A stretch of 64,000 nt of DNA from Nitrospirota bacterium (GCA_963796125.1 CAWCKM010000018.1:1951-65950), one strand, 5' to 3'. Shown: positions 40,901-49,895, counted from the first letter of the stretch. A program made the numbers and translations. Notes: a model not told the origin generated them from the letters alone.

Positions 40901-41699
40901 TTAGATTATCTTATTAAGATCAACATCAAGCCCAGCGGCTCGTAGTTCTCGCCCGAGAAGAAGTCGCCATCCGCCAGACTTATCTAAGGGAACAAATACG
41001 ACACCGTCATAATCCGAAGGAATTTCCACTCCTTCTTCATATAAAGCGCACACACGATCCCGTCCGATTCGCCCCAGGAAGAAACTCGAGCTCAAGGATA
41101 ACGTTCTGCCTTGCACGTGGTTTATATGCATCGGGTAAATCGTCGGTTTTCCCTCCCCGGTCGTCAGCCGTCAAGATGATAACGGAATACCCCACGTCTG
41201 AGTAATCGATGAATTTCTCAATTATTGTTTTTCCTCTGTTTGGCTGTTCGTGCAGTATTATAGGATCAAGCCCAATCTGTCTTATCAGGCGTGCAACAGA
41301 TTCACGTGCAGCTTCATTATGCCCATGTACTATAAAAACTTTATTGGATGATGCAGGATTCTTTTCCTCTCGCTGTCCAAGATTTTCTCCTGTATCCGGC
41401 CAATACTCTTGCACTTCGTCAATCATAGATTGAAGAAGCGCATCCGCACTTGCTTTTCCATTAACAAAAGCTTGCGCGAAAGCAGGTTCAGGATTCATCA
41501 TATTGTACGACCCAGGAGTAAAACTGACGCCTCGGAAATCGCGAATATGACGAGTGTCTTTCCCAAAAAGATGTTCGAGCGAGACGTCTGTATCTCGCCG
41601 CCATTTCTTAAAAGCGGGGTCTTTGGTTGCACTTGCAGATAGTCCCCGGAGCACTTCCAAACGCTCCTTTAGCTTCTCAATTATCTTTTGTTTTTCCAT
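40901..41699 (-). CDS. COG4271-type TIR-like nucleotide-binding protein with a unique N-terminal domain (one frame break)
   Basis: VFIVHGHNEAARESVARLIRQIGLDPIILHEQPNRGKTIIEKFIDYSDVGYSVIILTADD...RARQNVILELEF in ORF 41037..41699. It continues as FFLGRIGRDRVCALYEEGVEIPSDYDGVVFVPLD in ORF 40901..41131. Confidence 0.65.
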
Positions 41700-41731
41700 T
41701 TATCTTCATTTGGTGCCGGACATTCGAAATA

Positions 41732-41785
41732 AACGGTTTTTGGAGCGGCTTTAGCCGCGGGAAAAATCCGCTCGATTGAGTTGTT
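41732..41785. other. attC-like recombination-site candidate (weaker stem)
   Basis: AACGGTTTTTGGAGCGG...CCGCTCGATTGAGTTGTT followed by AAAT (GTTAAAT). It shares the GAGCGG/CCGCTC box and the CGATTG..GTT right end with the sites at 37304 and 39155. Confidence 0.4.
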
Positions 41786-41804
41786 AAATAGTAATTTTTT
41801 CTAT

Positions 41805-41895
41805 ATTAACCCCGGCAGGGAATTGGCAGCCTAAGCCGCCAATTCCTTCGACGCCTCGCTTTCACATATGTGAAGCCAGGGAGTTGCCTTAGTTA
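41805..41895. other. compound palindromic structure downstream of the IS30-disrupted gene
   Basis: GGAATTGGCAGcctaagCCGCCAATTCC plus the perfect palindrome TTCACATATGTGAA. It could be a long attC variant or a terminator. Confidence 0.3.
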
Positions 41896-42022
41896 TGTGC
41901 GACAGGATTAGGTTGTTTTTGAGCACCTTGTAGTCTTTGTCCAGTTTTTTTCATCACACCTTTCAAATAATTCATTTCTCCATTCCAATAAGCTAAGATC
42001 GGTAGATTTTTTAATTCGCCAG

Positions 42023-43072
42023 TTCAACAATGAAGTGCAACACTTGGGAGAGCAGAAAAGGAGATGCTATCCTAAGTGTCTATGCCAAAGAACTACAAAC
42101 ATATTACCATGGACGAAAGAGAACTCATAGCTAAAATGAACTGGGAGGGTAAGGGGCTGAACGAGATCGCCAGTGCCCTTGCCCGGGACAAAGGAACCAT
42201 CTCACGGGAACTCAAACGAAACGCCTCTTCTGAATACAGATGCTACACCCCGTGTCGAGCGCAATACCGAGCCGATGAACGGAGGAAAACGGCAAGTAGG
42301 CGTCCCCGGCTTAAGAACGAGACAGTCCGTCAGTATGTACTGGAGAAACTTGCCATAGGATGGTCTCCCGAACTGACAGCCGGAAGACTTCCATTGGAGC
42401 ATCCTGGTTTTTCAATCAGCTATGAGGCGATCTACCAGTATATCTATCACCCAAAGACAGCAGAGCGTGAGGAACTGATCGCTTCTCTGCGCCGTTGTCA
42501 TCGGAAGCGCATGCACAAGAGCATAGGTCGAAAAGTACGTAAAACCAAGATTCCCAATCGGGTGCCGATTGATGTCAGGCCGAAATCAGTTGAATCCAGA
42601 CATTACTATGGTCATTGGGAAGGCGATAGTCTCATATCCCGGAAAAGCCTTGCTGCCTTAAACAGTCTCACAGAGAGAAAAAGCAGGCTGCTATTGCTTA
42701 CCAAACTGAAGCGCAAGGGTGCAGAGGAAACAAAGGATGCCATCATCAGACGGTTATATGCACTCCCTGCCTCAATGAGAAGGACACTTACCCTCGATAA
42801 CGGGACCGAGAACGCCCAGCATGAAGAGATTACTTCAGAGATTGGTCTGAAGTGCTATTTTGCCCATCCCTATGCCTCATGGCAGCGAGGAACTAATGAG
42901 CACATTAATGGTCTTGTTCGATGGTATTTGCCAAAGGGTACGGATTTCAGTAAGATTTCAGAGGAGCAGATTGCTCAGATAGAATCATTGATCAACAATC
43001 GCCCCAGAAAGTGTCTGGGGTTTAAAACACCACTTGAAGTCGCTTCTTCTTGTGTTGCACTTCGAGATTGAA
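42023..43072 (+). mobile_element. IS30-family insertion sequence (1050 bp)
   Basis: Terminal inverted repeats are TTCAACAATGAAGTGCAACAC (42023-) and GTGTTGCACTTCGAGATTGAA (-43072); 17 of 21 positions match. One transposase ORF lies inside. Confidence 0.85.
42076..43071 (+). CDS. IS30-family transposase
   Basis: HTH N-terminus (GLNEIASALARDKGTISRELKRN) and DDE blocks HWEGDSL, TLDNGTENAQH, YFAHPYASWQRGTNEHINGLVRWYLPKG. Confidence 0.9.
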   Translation: MSMPKNYKHITMDERELIAKMNWEGKGLNEIASALARDKGTISRELKRNASSEYRCYTPCRAQYRADERRKTASRRPRLKNETVRQYVLEKLAIGWSPELTAGRLPLEHPGFSISYEAIYQYIYHPKTAEREELIASLRRCHRKRMHKSIGRKVRKTKIPNRVPIDVRPKSVESRHYYGHWEGDSLISRKSLAALNSLTERKSRLLLLTKLKRKGAEETKDAIIRRLYALPASMRRTLTLDNGTENAQHEEITSEIGLKCYFAHPYASWQRGTNEHINGLVRWYLPKGTDFSKISEEQIAQIESLINNRPRKCLGFKTPLEVASSCVALRD

Positions 43073-43920
43073 TGTGGGATTTCTATTCCAGAAACAAATC
43101 TTTTTCTTTTTTTAATTATACCAAAACATCTGGAATCTCCAATTCTATATAATCCCATTAGTTGTGGCAAGCCTCCACAATAATCGTCTTTGATATTGAA
43201 TAGTGTGTCGCAAAAGCAGTGAAAAACTGCCCGGCTAGTTTTTTTGTTGCTACTTTCCCAATATGTTTTGAATTTACTAAGAAATTCATTTTTACCAGAT
43301 CCTAAAACAAAAAGCTTATTTGAATGATCGCTGAAATTTGCCTTTTTCCCTTTCCATCCACTCTCCTTATTCCATTCAATAATATGGCAAAAGAAATTTT
43401 TGTCATCTCTTGATGCATGAACAATCGAAAAAGGAGAGCTTAAAATATTTTTAGGATAATCATTAAAAAGATTAATTATTCTTTCTTTTATTATTTCGAA
43501 TTTTTCTTTACAAGTTGCTTTTTTACCGAATAGTAATCCCTTATCACCAATATCAATTATTTGTGGTAAAACCAATGTTGGAAATAACACGTCTCCGCAA
43601 TAGCCGATAATATCTGGCGATTTGTTAAACCCAAAAATCTTTCGTCCGTAATCCCACTTGTTGTCTTTCCCCCAGGTGATTCTACTATCGCTTGCAATGT
43701 ATATTGACGCTGGAGCTCTTGAATCGACCCCCAACCATGTGATTAGTAATGACATATTAAGGTAATAGGGTCAGGCTTTCTTTTATGCAATTAACTTTTC
43801 CTTCACGCGGCTGCTATTCGGGGACACCATATTTATCTCTTTTCTTTTAGAGCCTGGTTTCAGCGTAGTGCATCGAGAAGGGTGACATCAAGAATTAAGT
43901 ATGGTGTCCCGAGAACATCT

Positions 43921-44154
43921 TTAGTGCCATACCCCACCATCACAATCTCTGCCAAATAACCTTTGATTGCCGGATATAACAACGAAGCTTTTAATATTTT
44001 TCTGAACATTCTGATAGATCTGAATAAAACATGTTGATGTAATGGAGAGCTTAATTTTTATGGTATTGGGTGTTTTCAGGAGAGTTTCTGCTTTTTCAAC
44101 AAAGGCAAACTTAGAAGCAACTTCATAAATTTGCTTCTCAACATTATCTATCAT
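43921..44154 (-). CDS. possible toxin-like small protein, probably 3'-truncated
   Basis: 77-aa ORF ending ...LFGRDCDGGVWH*. It overlaps the upstream gene by 4 nt. The family assignment (toxin of a two-gene TA-like pair) is only a recollection. Confidence 0.3.
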   Translation of the reverse strand: MIDNVEKQIYEVASKFAFVEKAETLLKTPNTIKIKLSITSTCFIQIYQNVQKNIKSFVVISGNQRLFGRDCDGGVWH

Positions 44155-44453
44155 CCTACAGAAAGGTCTTTTATCTTAGCCCCCAAGGTTTCTATGGCAT
44201 CCATAGCTGAGTCCCATTCATGATAATCACTCTCTGCTTCAAAGGAAAACCCTTTCTCTTTAACAATATTCCGTTTCTCAAACTCGTCAAGTGTCATCCC
44301 ATATTTTTTTTGGAAGCGATTGTCAATAATCTGGAATTCTGCAAGTTTCCTCTTAAGATCTTCCCTAAGAATCTTTCTGACTTTGTAATCAATATCCCCT
44401 TCCGGGATTATGAGATTAAGAATCTTTGTGGTCTTCTCGGTAATAGTCTTCAT
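44151..44453 (-). CDS. possible antitoxin-like small protein
   Basis: 100-aa ORF containing ...FQKKYGMTLDEFEKRNI...ESDYHEWDSAMDAIETL. Two-gene overlap architecture. Confidence 0.3.
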   Translation of the reverse strand: MKTITEKTTKILNLIIPEGDIDYKVRKILREDLKRKLAEFQIIDNRFQKKYGMTLDEFEKRNIVKEKGFSFEAESDYHEWDSAMDAIETLGAKIKDLSVG

Positions 44454-44513
44454 GAAAAAAGCTTACCACATGCTATTAAATGAGTCAATCTTGCAGGCGC
44501 TGAATTATCGCTC

Positions 44514-45959
44514 TTACCCCTTTATCACCCCAATCGGTCTGAGCCTTGCTACCTTTTTCGAAATGCCTGCCTTATGAACTACATCGACGACATTTGAGAT
44601 ATCCTTATATGCCTCGGACATTTCTTCTGCAAGGGTTTCCCGGCCGGCAGACTTGACAATAATTCCCTTGTCTTCCATTTCACGCCATATGGAGCGGCCT
44701 TTTGCCTTCCTTATTGCCTGATGCCTTGACATCACCCTTCCAGCACCATGACAGGTAGAGCCAAAAGTCTCCTTCATTGCCTTCTCAGTCCCGAGAAGGA
44801 CGAAAGATACCCTTCCCATATCACCGGGGATCAAGACAGGCTGGCCAAGGGATCTATAAATTTCAGGTAGTTCTGGATGGCCTGGAGGGAATGCCCTTGT
44901 CGCACCCTTTCTATGAACTACCAGCTTCATCTTCTTGCCATTCACTTCATGCTCTTCTACCTTTGCAATGTTATGGGCAACATCGTAAATAAGGCTCATG
45001 CCGAGTTCTCTCGGTGAAATATTGAAAATATTCATAAAGGATTCTTTTGCCCAGTGCATGATACACTGCCTGTTCGCCCAGGCATAATTGGCCGCAGCCC
45101 TCATGGCAGCAAGGTAATCCTGTGCCTCAGAGCTTGCATAAGGTGCACAGGCAAGTTCTTTGTCAAGAAGTACTATCTTATATTTGATAGCCGCACGTTC
45201 CATGACCTCAAGAAAGTCTGTGCATACCTGATGTCCAAAACCCCGGGAACCTGTATGAATCATTACAGTAATTTGGTCCCTGAAAAGTCCGAGGATGTTT
45301 GCGGCCTGCTCATCATAGATCTCATCAACATACTGAACCTCGAGAAAGTGATTGCCGGAGCCCAGGGTACCCTGTTGTGCCCTTCCCCTCTCGTATGCCT
45401 TCCGGCTTATCAGGGATGGATCAGCCCCTTCAATATATCCACCGGATTCTATTTTTTTCAGGTCTTCAGCGCTCCCGAACCCCTGTTCTACTGCCCATTT
45501 TGCACCATAGAGAAGGATCTTCTTTTCATCATCAGGGCCAAGCCGTATTTTCCCCTTTGAGCCGACTCCTGATGGAACCTCATTGTAAAGGACATTAACT
45601 AAATCCTTTATTTTCGGCAAGACCTTATCTTTTGTTAAGTTGCTTTTTAAAAGGCGGACTCCACAGTTGATATCGTAGCCAACACCACCGGGAGAGACGA
45701 TCCCCTCTTTGAGGTCAAAAGCGGCAACGCCTCCAATGGAAAACCCATAGCCCGTATGTACATCAGGCATTGCAAGAGATGCGCCGATAATTCCCGGTAA
45801 TGTAGCAACATTTGCCACCTGGTCTATTGACTGGTACTCAAGTTCTTTCTCAAGAAGGTCATCAACATAAATAATACCCTTAACCCTCATGCCCTGCTTG
45901 TAATCGGAGGGGACTTCTATCTTTGTGTCATCAATTCTTTTGAGTTTTTCAAGTGGCAT
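44514..45959 (-). CDS. rtcB: RNA-splicing ligase RtcB
   Basis: GYDINCGVR, GSGNHFLEVQ, HTGSRGFGHQV, CHGAGR. Confidence 0.93.
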   Translation of the reverse strand: MPLEKLKRIDDTKIEVPSDYKQGMRVKGIIYVDDLLEKELEYQSIDQVANVATLPGIIGASLAMPDVHTGYGFSIGGVAAFDLKEGIVSPGGVGYDINCGVRLLKSNLTKDKVLPKIKDLVNVLYNEVPSGVGSKGKIRLGPDDEKKILLYGAKWAVEQGFGSAEDLKKIESGGYIEGADPSLISRKAYERGRAQQGTLGSGNHFLEVQYVDEIYDEQAANILGLFRDQITVMIHTGSRGFGHQVCTDFLEVMERAAIKYKIVLLDKELACAPYASSEAQDYLAAMRAAANYAWANRQCIMHWAKESFMNIFNISPRELGMSLIYDVAHNIAKVEEHEVNGKKMKLVVHRKGATRAFPPGHPELPEIYRSLGQPVLIPGDMGRVSFVLLGTEKAMKETFGSTCHGAGRVMSRHQAIRKAKGRSIWREMEDKGIIVKSAGRETLAEEMSEAYKDISNVVDVVHKAGISKKVARLRPIGVIKG

Positions 45960-45979
45960 GTTACATTCCTTATCAAGCT

Positions 45980-46074
45980 TCTTGCGAGTTCAACGAAGCA
46001 ATCTCTTGATGTCGTTCTCAGTGCTATGATATTCAGATTGCTTCGTCAGTCGCAACGACTTCCTCGCAATGACA
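45980..46074. repeat. nested palindromic repeat of the ...TTGCGAG / CTCGCAATGACA family
   Basis: CTTGCGAG...CGAAGCAATCT...AGATTGCTTCG...CTCGCAATGACA. Same module as 17565-17650. Confidence 0.6.
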
Positions 46075-46135
46075 CTTCCCGTAACGTGTTCTTAATCTGC
46101 TTGATTATCGGAACTTGGTAACTGGTTATTAAATA

Positions 46136-46599
46136 TTATATATCAAAAATTACATCAATCTCCCATTCGCTATTCTTTTTCTCTACCTTAAGCCTGTGAT
46201 AGGTTGCTGCCTTGATCAGTAGTTTGCTCTCATGTCTTTCAGGGTCAAAATCTTCTCCTGATACAGAGGCTCGAAGCTTGCAAACTTCCTCCCCTCCTAT
46301 CCCTCCCCCTTGAGGGGAAGGGTAAAGGAAGGGGTGAATTCAGTAATAACAATTCCTTTCCCTATAAACCCGTAGGCATCAAAATGAAAGATAAGCTCAT
46401 TCAGCCATGAGACAAGAAGTCCTTCTATTGAACCGCTTTCGACAGAGATGTCAATTGCCTTTTGTTCTCTTATCATTCCGGGATCAGTAATCAGGCTGTA
46501 CATCCCGTTTGCAGCATTAATAAAGGCAGCTTCCGGGTTTTTCCCATAAGCCTTGAGGCCAACGTCACCCGATATATCAATGACCTCAAAATGCTTCAT
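46136..46599 (-). CDS. archease, interrupted by a 50-bp miniature repeat
   Basis: The N-terminal 100 aa are in the track (FEVIDISGDVGLKAYG...LLVSWLNELIF). The C-terminal EEVCKLRASVSGEDFDPERHESKLLIKAATYHRLKVEKKNSEWEIDVIFDI* lies in the +2 frame downstream of the repeat. Confidence 0.8.
46287..46336. repeat. C/G-run hairpin repeat inserted in archease
   Basis: TTCCTCCCCTCCTATCCCTCCCCCTTGAGGGGAAGGGTAAAGGAAGGGGT (50 nt, not a multiple of 3). Confidence 0.7.
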
Positions 46600-47522
46600 T
46601 TTTTCTTTTCTGGTGTCTCTTTTGTCTCCTGCTTTGGTGCCTCAGGTTTTTCCGGAGTTTCTGCCTTCTGTTCTTCTGATGGTGTGAGATTTGACAGCGC
46701 TTCTTTATTGATCTCTACCTTATAACTCTTTTTTAGCCCGTCAATATAGGAATCGAAAACCTCCTTCTGTTTTTCTGCCATCAGGTTTTGAGATATGACA
46801 TTTTTTATCTTTTCGAATTCGACTACCTGACCAAATTTTTTGTCTGTCACCTTTATAATATGGTAGCCGTACTTCGTCTTTACCGGCTCGCTTATTTCAC
46901 CCGTTTTCAGCCTCATAGCTTCTGACTCGAACTCCGGCACCATCTGGCCTTTTGAGAAATACCCTATGTCTCCACCGTTTTTCGCTGAAGCAGTATCAAT
47001 AGAACTCTTTTTTGCAATCTGGGCAAAGTCTTCTCCCTTCTTCAGTCTTTCTTCTATCTTCTTGGCTTCATCTTCTGTCTTTACGAGGATATGACTTGCC
47101 CTGATCTGAGTTATAGGAGCAAATTTCTCTTTGTTCTTTTCATAATACTCTTTGACTTCCTGATCAGAGACCTTTACCTTCTCTTCGATCTCTTTTTGCA
47201 GAAGCAGCCCAACGAGGGTGATCTTCTTAAAGTCCTCAAGTTTTTTTACATATTCCTGATCCTTGTCAAGCCCTTTCTTTAAAGCCTCTTTGTAGAGGAG
47301 TTCCCTCTTTACAAGTTCTTCGAGGAATTTCTCTTTCCCGGCTCTGTCCTCAAACATCTTCTGTACAAACTCGGGCAAGTTTTTCATCTCCCTGTCAAAA
47401 TCAGCCTGCGTTATCAAGGAATCTCCGACCTTGGCAAGGTAAGGCCCTTTCTTTTCTCCCTCCTTTTTCGCACAGGCAAAAGCCAGACATACGACAAATA
47501 ATAAAACCAATACTCTTTTCAT
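46596..47522 (-). CDS. parvulin-type peptidyl-prolyl isomerase lipoprotein (PrsA/SurA-like)
   Basis: Lipobox LAFAC. PpiC domain: RASHILVKTEDEAKKI...GGDIGYFSKGQMVPEFE...YGYHIIKV. Confidence 0.85.
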   Translation of the reverse strand: MKRVLVLLFVVCLAFACAKKEGEKKGPYLAKVGDSLITQADFDREMKNLPEFVQKMFEDRAGKEKFLEELVKRELLYKEALKKGLDKDQEYVKKLEDFKKITLVGLLLQKEIEEKVKVSDQEVKEYYEKNKEKFAPITQIRASHILVKTEDEAKKIEERLKKGEDFAQIAKKSSIDTASAKNGGDIGYFSKGQMVPEFESEAMRLKTGEISEPVKTKYGYHIIKVTDKKFGQVVEFEKIKNVISQNLMAEKQKEVFDSYIDGLKKSYKVEINKEALSNLTPSEEQKAETPEKPEAPKQETKETPEKKK

Positions 47523-47760
47523 CGAAACCTCCTTAATTTTTTGACTTACCTTTTATAGCACAATGAACACAGATGTGTAAAAAGGTTTTTTGGACATGTT
47601 AACGCTACTTAGTATTTGTGCCGAAAATACCCCTCAACCCTTGCCCTCTCCCAGCAAGAGGGTTTTTTGCATCTTGTGAATAATAGTCGGTAAACCCACT
47701 CTTTTGACACTTACAAATTTTTTATGATAGAGTATCGGTAGTTTTCAGGCGGTTGTCTTT

Positions 47761-47836
47761 TTTGTTTGTGTCATTCCCGCTTGTCGGGAATCCCTCGATT
47801 AAGAAAGATTCTGGACAAGCCAGAATGACAAACAAA
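47761..47836. repeat. TGTCAT...ATGACA double-hairpin miniature repeat
   Basis: TTTGTTTGTGTCATTCCCGCTTGTCGGGAATCC...TTCTGGACAAGCCAGAATGACAAACAAA. Confidence 0.7.
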
Positions 47837-47876
47837 GTAATATAGCAAAAAGAAAGGGAATAATGAATTAAATCTC

Positions 47877-49160
47877 ATGAACAGGAAAAATTCACAGAAA
47901 TTATTCAAAAAGGCTCAGGAGGTCATCCCCGGAGGCGTGAACAGCCCTGTCAGGGCATTCAAAGCCGTCGGTGGAAATCCAATATTCATCCAGAAAGCAA
48001 AGGGTTCAAAAATATATGATGTCGATGGGAATGCATATATTGATTACGTCCTTTCATGGGGTCCCCTGATCCTTGGCCATGCCCACCCGGAAGTTGTAAA
48101 GGCCCTCAAAAAGGCTATAGAGCGTGGAACAAGCTATGGCGCCCCGACCTCGCTGGAGATTGAGCTTGCAGAGCTTGTCCTGAAGGCATATCCATCAATG
48201 GATATGGTGAGGATGGTAAATTCAGGCACAGAAGCAACCATGAGCGCCATCAGGGTTGCACGTGGATTTACAGGCAGGGACAAGATTCTAAAGTTTGAGG
48301 GTTGCTATCATGGCCATGCTGATGGACTGCTTGTAAAGGCAGGTTCAGGTGCGACCACTTTTGGAGTTCCTGACAGCGCCGGAGTTCCAAGGTCATATGC
48401 ACAGGAGACTATTACTCTGCCATTCAATGACCGGGAGGCGCTCAGGAGAGTAATCAGTGAGGAATGGAGATATATTGCATGTGCAATCATTGAACCCGTT
48501 GTCGGGAACATCGGTTGTGTCCTTCCAAAGCCAGGGTTCCTTGAAACCCTCAGGGCACTGACAGCCAAGCATGGCATTATCCTCATCTTTGATGAAGTGA
48601 TGACCGGCTTCAGGGTATCGTATGGAGGAGCACAGGCATATTACGGCGTAACTCCTGATATGACCTGTCTCGGCAAGGTCATCGGCGGCGGACTCCCTGT
48701 TGGGGCATACGGCGGGAAAAAGGAAATCATGTCCCTCGTATCACCATTAGGACCGGTCTATCAGGCAGGAACCTTATCAGGTAACCCGCTTGCAATGACA
48801 GCAGGCATAGAGACACTCAAGATACTTTTAAGAGACAAGCATTACAGGAGACTTGAAAAGATATCCTGTCTATTGGAAAAAGCACTCACCGATGTGGCAA
48901 AGATGGCTGGTGTAAAAACGAAGTTCTACAGGGCAGGAACCATGTTCTGCACATACTTTACAGAAACAGACGTTATTGACTATAAAACAGCAAAGACATC
49001 GGATACAGCAAAATTCTCACGGTTCTTTTCTCTCATGCTTGAAAAGGGGATATACATAGCCCCTTCACAGTTTGAAGCCGGCTTCACATCCCTTGCACAT
49101 ACTGAAAAGGATATTGAGAAAACTGCAAAGGCTGCTTACGCCTCGCTCAAGAAACTTTAA
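47877..49160 (+). CDS. hemL: glutamate-1-semialdehyde 2,1-aminomutase
   Basis: [47 protein letters not shown]. Confidence 0.93.
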   Translation: MNRKNSQKLFKKAQEVIPGGVNSPVRAFKAVGGNPIFIQKAKGSKIYDVDGNAYIDYVLSWGPLILGHAHPEVVKALKKAIERGTSYGAPTSLEIELAELVLKAYPSMDMVRMVNSGTEATMSAIRVARGFTGRDKILKFEGCYHGHADGLLVKAGSGATTFGVPDSAGVPRSYAQETITLPFNDREALRRVISEEWRYIACAIIEPVVGNIGCVLPKPGFLETLRALTAKHGIILIFDEVMTGFRVSYGGAQAYYGVTPDMTCLGKVIGGGLPVGAYGGKKEIMSLVSPLGPVYQAGTLSGNPLAMTAGIETLKILLRDKHYRRLEKISCLLEKALTDVAKMAGVKTKFYRAGTMFCTYFTETDVIDYKTAKTSDTAKFSRFFSLMLEKGIYIAPSQFEAGFTSLAHTEKDIEKTAKAAYASLKKL

Positions 49161-49291
49161 AATTCCAAAATCCAAAGTCCAAAATTCAAATATCAAAACT
49201 TGATCGTGGAACTTTTCTTATTTTGCGCTTTGAGCTTTGACATTTGAACTTTTTTAAAACTTGTTGGTCTATGTTAGAATTGTGAAAAGAC

Positions 49292-49543
49292 ATGGCTGAA
49301 AAACCATTATTCAAACAACTCCTCTGGGCAAGCACCGTAGGACTTAATTTTGTTATCTCAACAGTCATCGGGGGATTGATCGGTTATGGACTTGATTCCG
49401 CCATGGAGAAGTGGTTCGGTGTCCATACAGAACCCTGGCTGCTCTTTGTCTTTGCACTATTGGGTATCATTGCAGGCTTCAGGGAACTTCTGAGAATGGC
49501 AACAAAAAAAGAGAATGAATCCACTCGTAAAAAGAACGTTTAG
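49292..49543 (+). CDS. AtpZ/AtpI-like small membrane protein
   Basis: Two TM segments (VGLNFVISTVIGGLIGYGLD). The assignment is from memory of the AtpZ family pattern. Confidence 0.45.
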   Translation: MAEKPLFKQLLWASTVGLNFVISTVIGGLIGYGLDSAMEKWFGVHTEPWLLFVFALLGIIAGFRELLRMATKKENESTRKKNV

Positions 49544-49877
49544 GCTGTCAGCAATCATCCTTCTCCCTTTATCAATCTTTTCAGCTTTCATGTGGGGAAG
49601 AACGCCTGCCATGAGTATCCTCATTGGGGGTATCCTCGGCCTCGTAAATCTCAGGGGCCTTGCGAGAGGTGTTGAAGGCCTGATCGGTTCAAACAGGCCG
49701 ACAGGGAAAATAATCTTCCTCAGCCTCCTCAGACTCACAGCCCTCACCTTTATTCTCGGCATCCTTTTTTATTACAGGGCAATAGATGTCTTAGGTATCC
49801 TTATCGGTTTCACCATTGTCTTTGCTGCGATAATCAAAGAGGGGCTGAGGTCCGCTAAAGAATTTCCTAAGGAATGA
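49515..49877 (+). CDS. ATP-synthase-protein-I-like membrane protein
   Basis: 120-aa polytopic ORF overlapping the previous gene. No atpB follows in this window. Confidence 0.35.
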   Translation: MNPLVKRTFRLSAIILLPLSIFSAFMWGRTPAMSILIGGILGLVNLRGLARGVEGLIGSNRPTGKIIFLSLLRLTALTFILGILFYYRAIDVLGILIGFTIVFAAIIKEGLRSAKEFPKE

Positions 49878-49895
49878 TAAACAAAGGATTCCTGT

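Larger units (their letters stand above)
41908..43755 (-). pseudogene. orphan 265-aa gene split by the IS30-family element (fragments 43073-43755 and 41908-42022)
   Basis: Deleting 42023-43072 joins ...GIEIP-H-WRIKKSTDLSLLEWRNELFERCDEKNWTKTTRCSKTT* in frame (683 + 115 nt = 266 codons). The N-terminus MSLLITWLGVDSRAPASIYIASDSRITWG...KIFGF...IIGYCGD is faintly reminiscent of Ntn-hydrolase/proteasome-type folds. Confidence 0.6.

Noticed and set aside
43818-43915. An inverted repeat (CGGGGACACCATA ... TATGGTGTCCCGAG) as another attC site
   Set aside because: Its termini are not AAC/GTT and it lacks the CAGCGG/CCGCT inner box shared by the other sites. It may be a different element or a terminator.
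49161-49260. The CCAAA-rich low-complexity stretch plus the inverted repeat TTCAAATATCAAAAC...GCTTTGACATTTGAA after hemL, as a mobile element
   Set aside because: It is a single occurrence in the window and is most simply a terminator or intergenic hairpin. There is not enough evidence for anything more.
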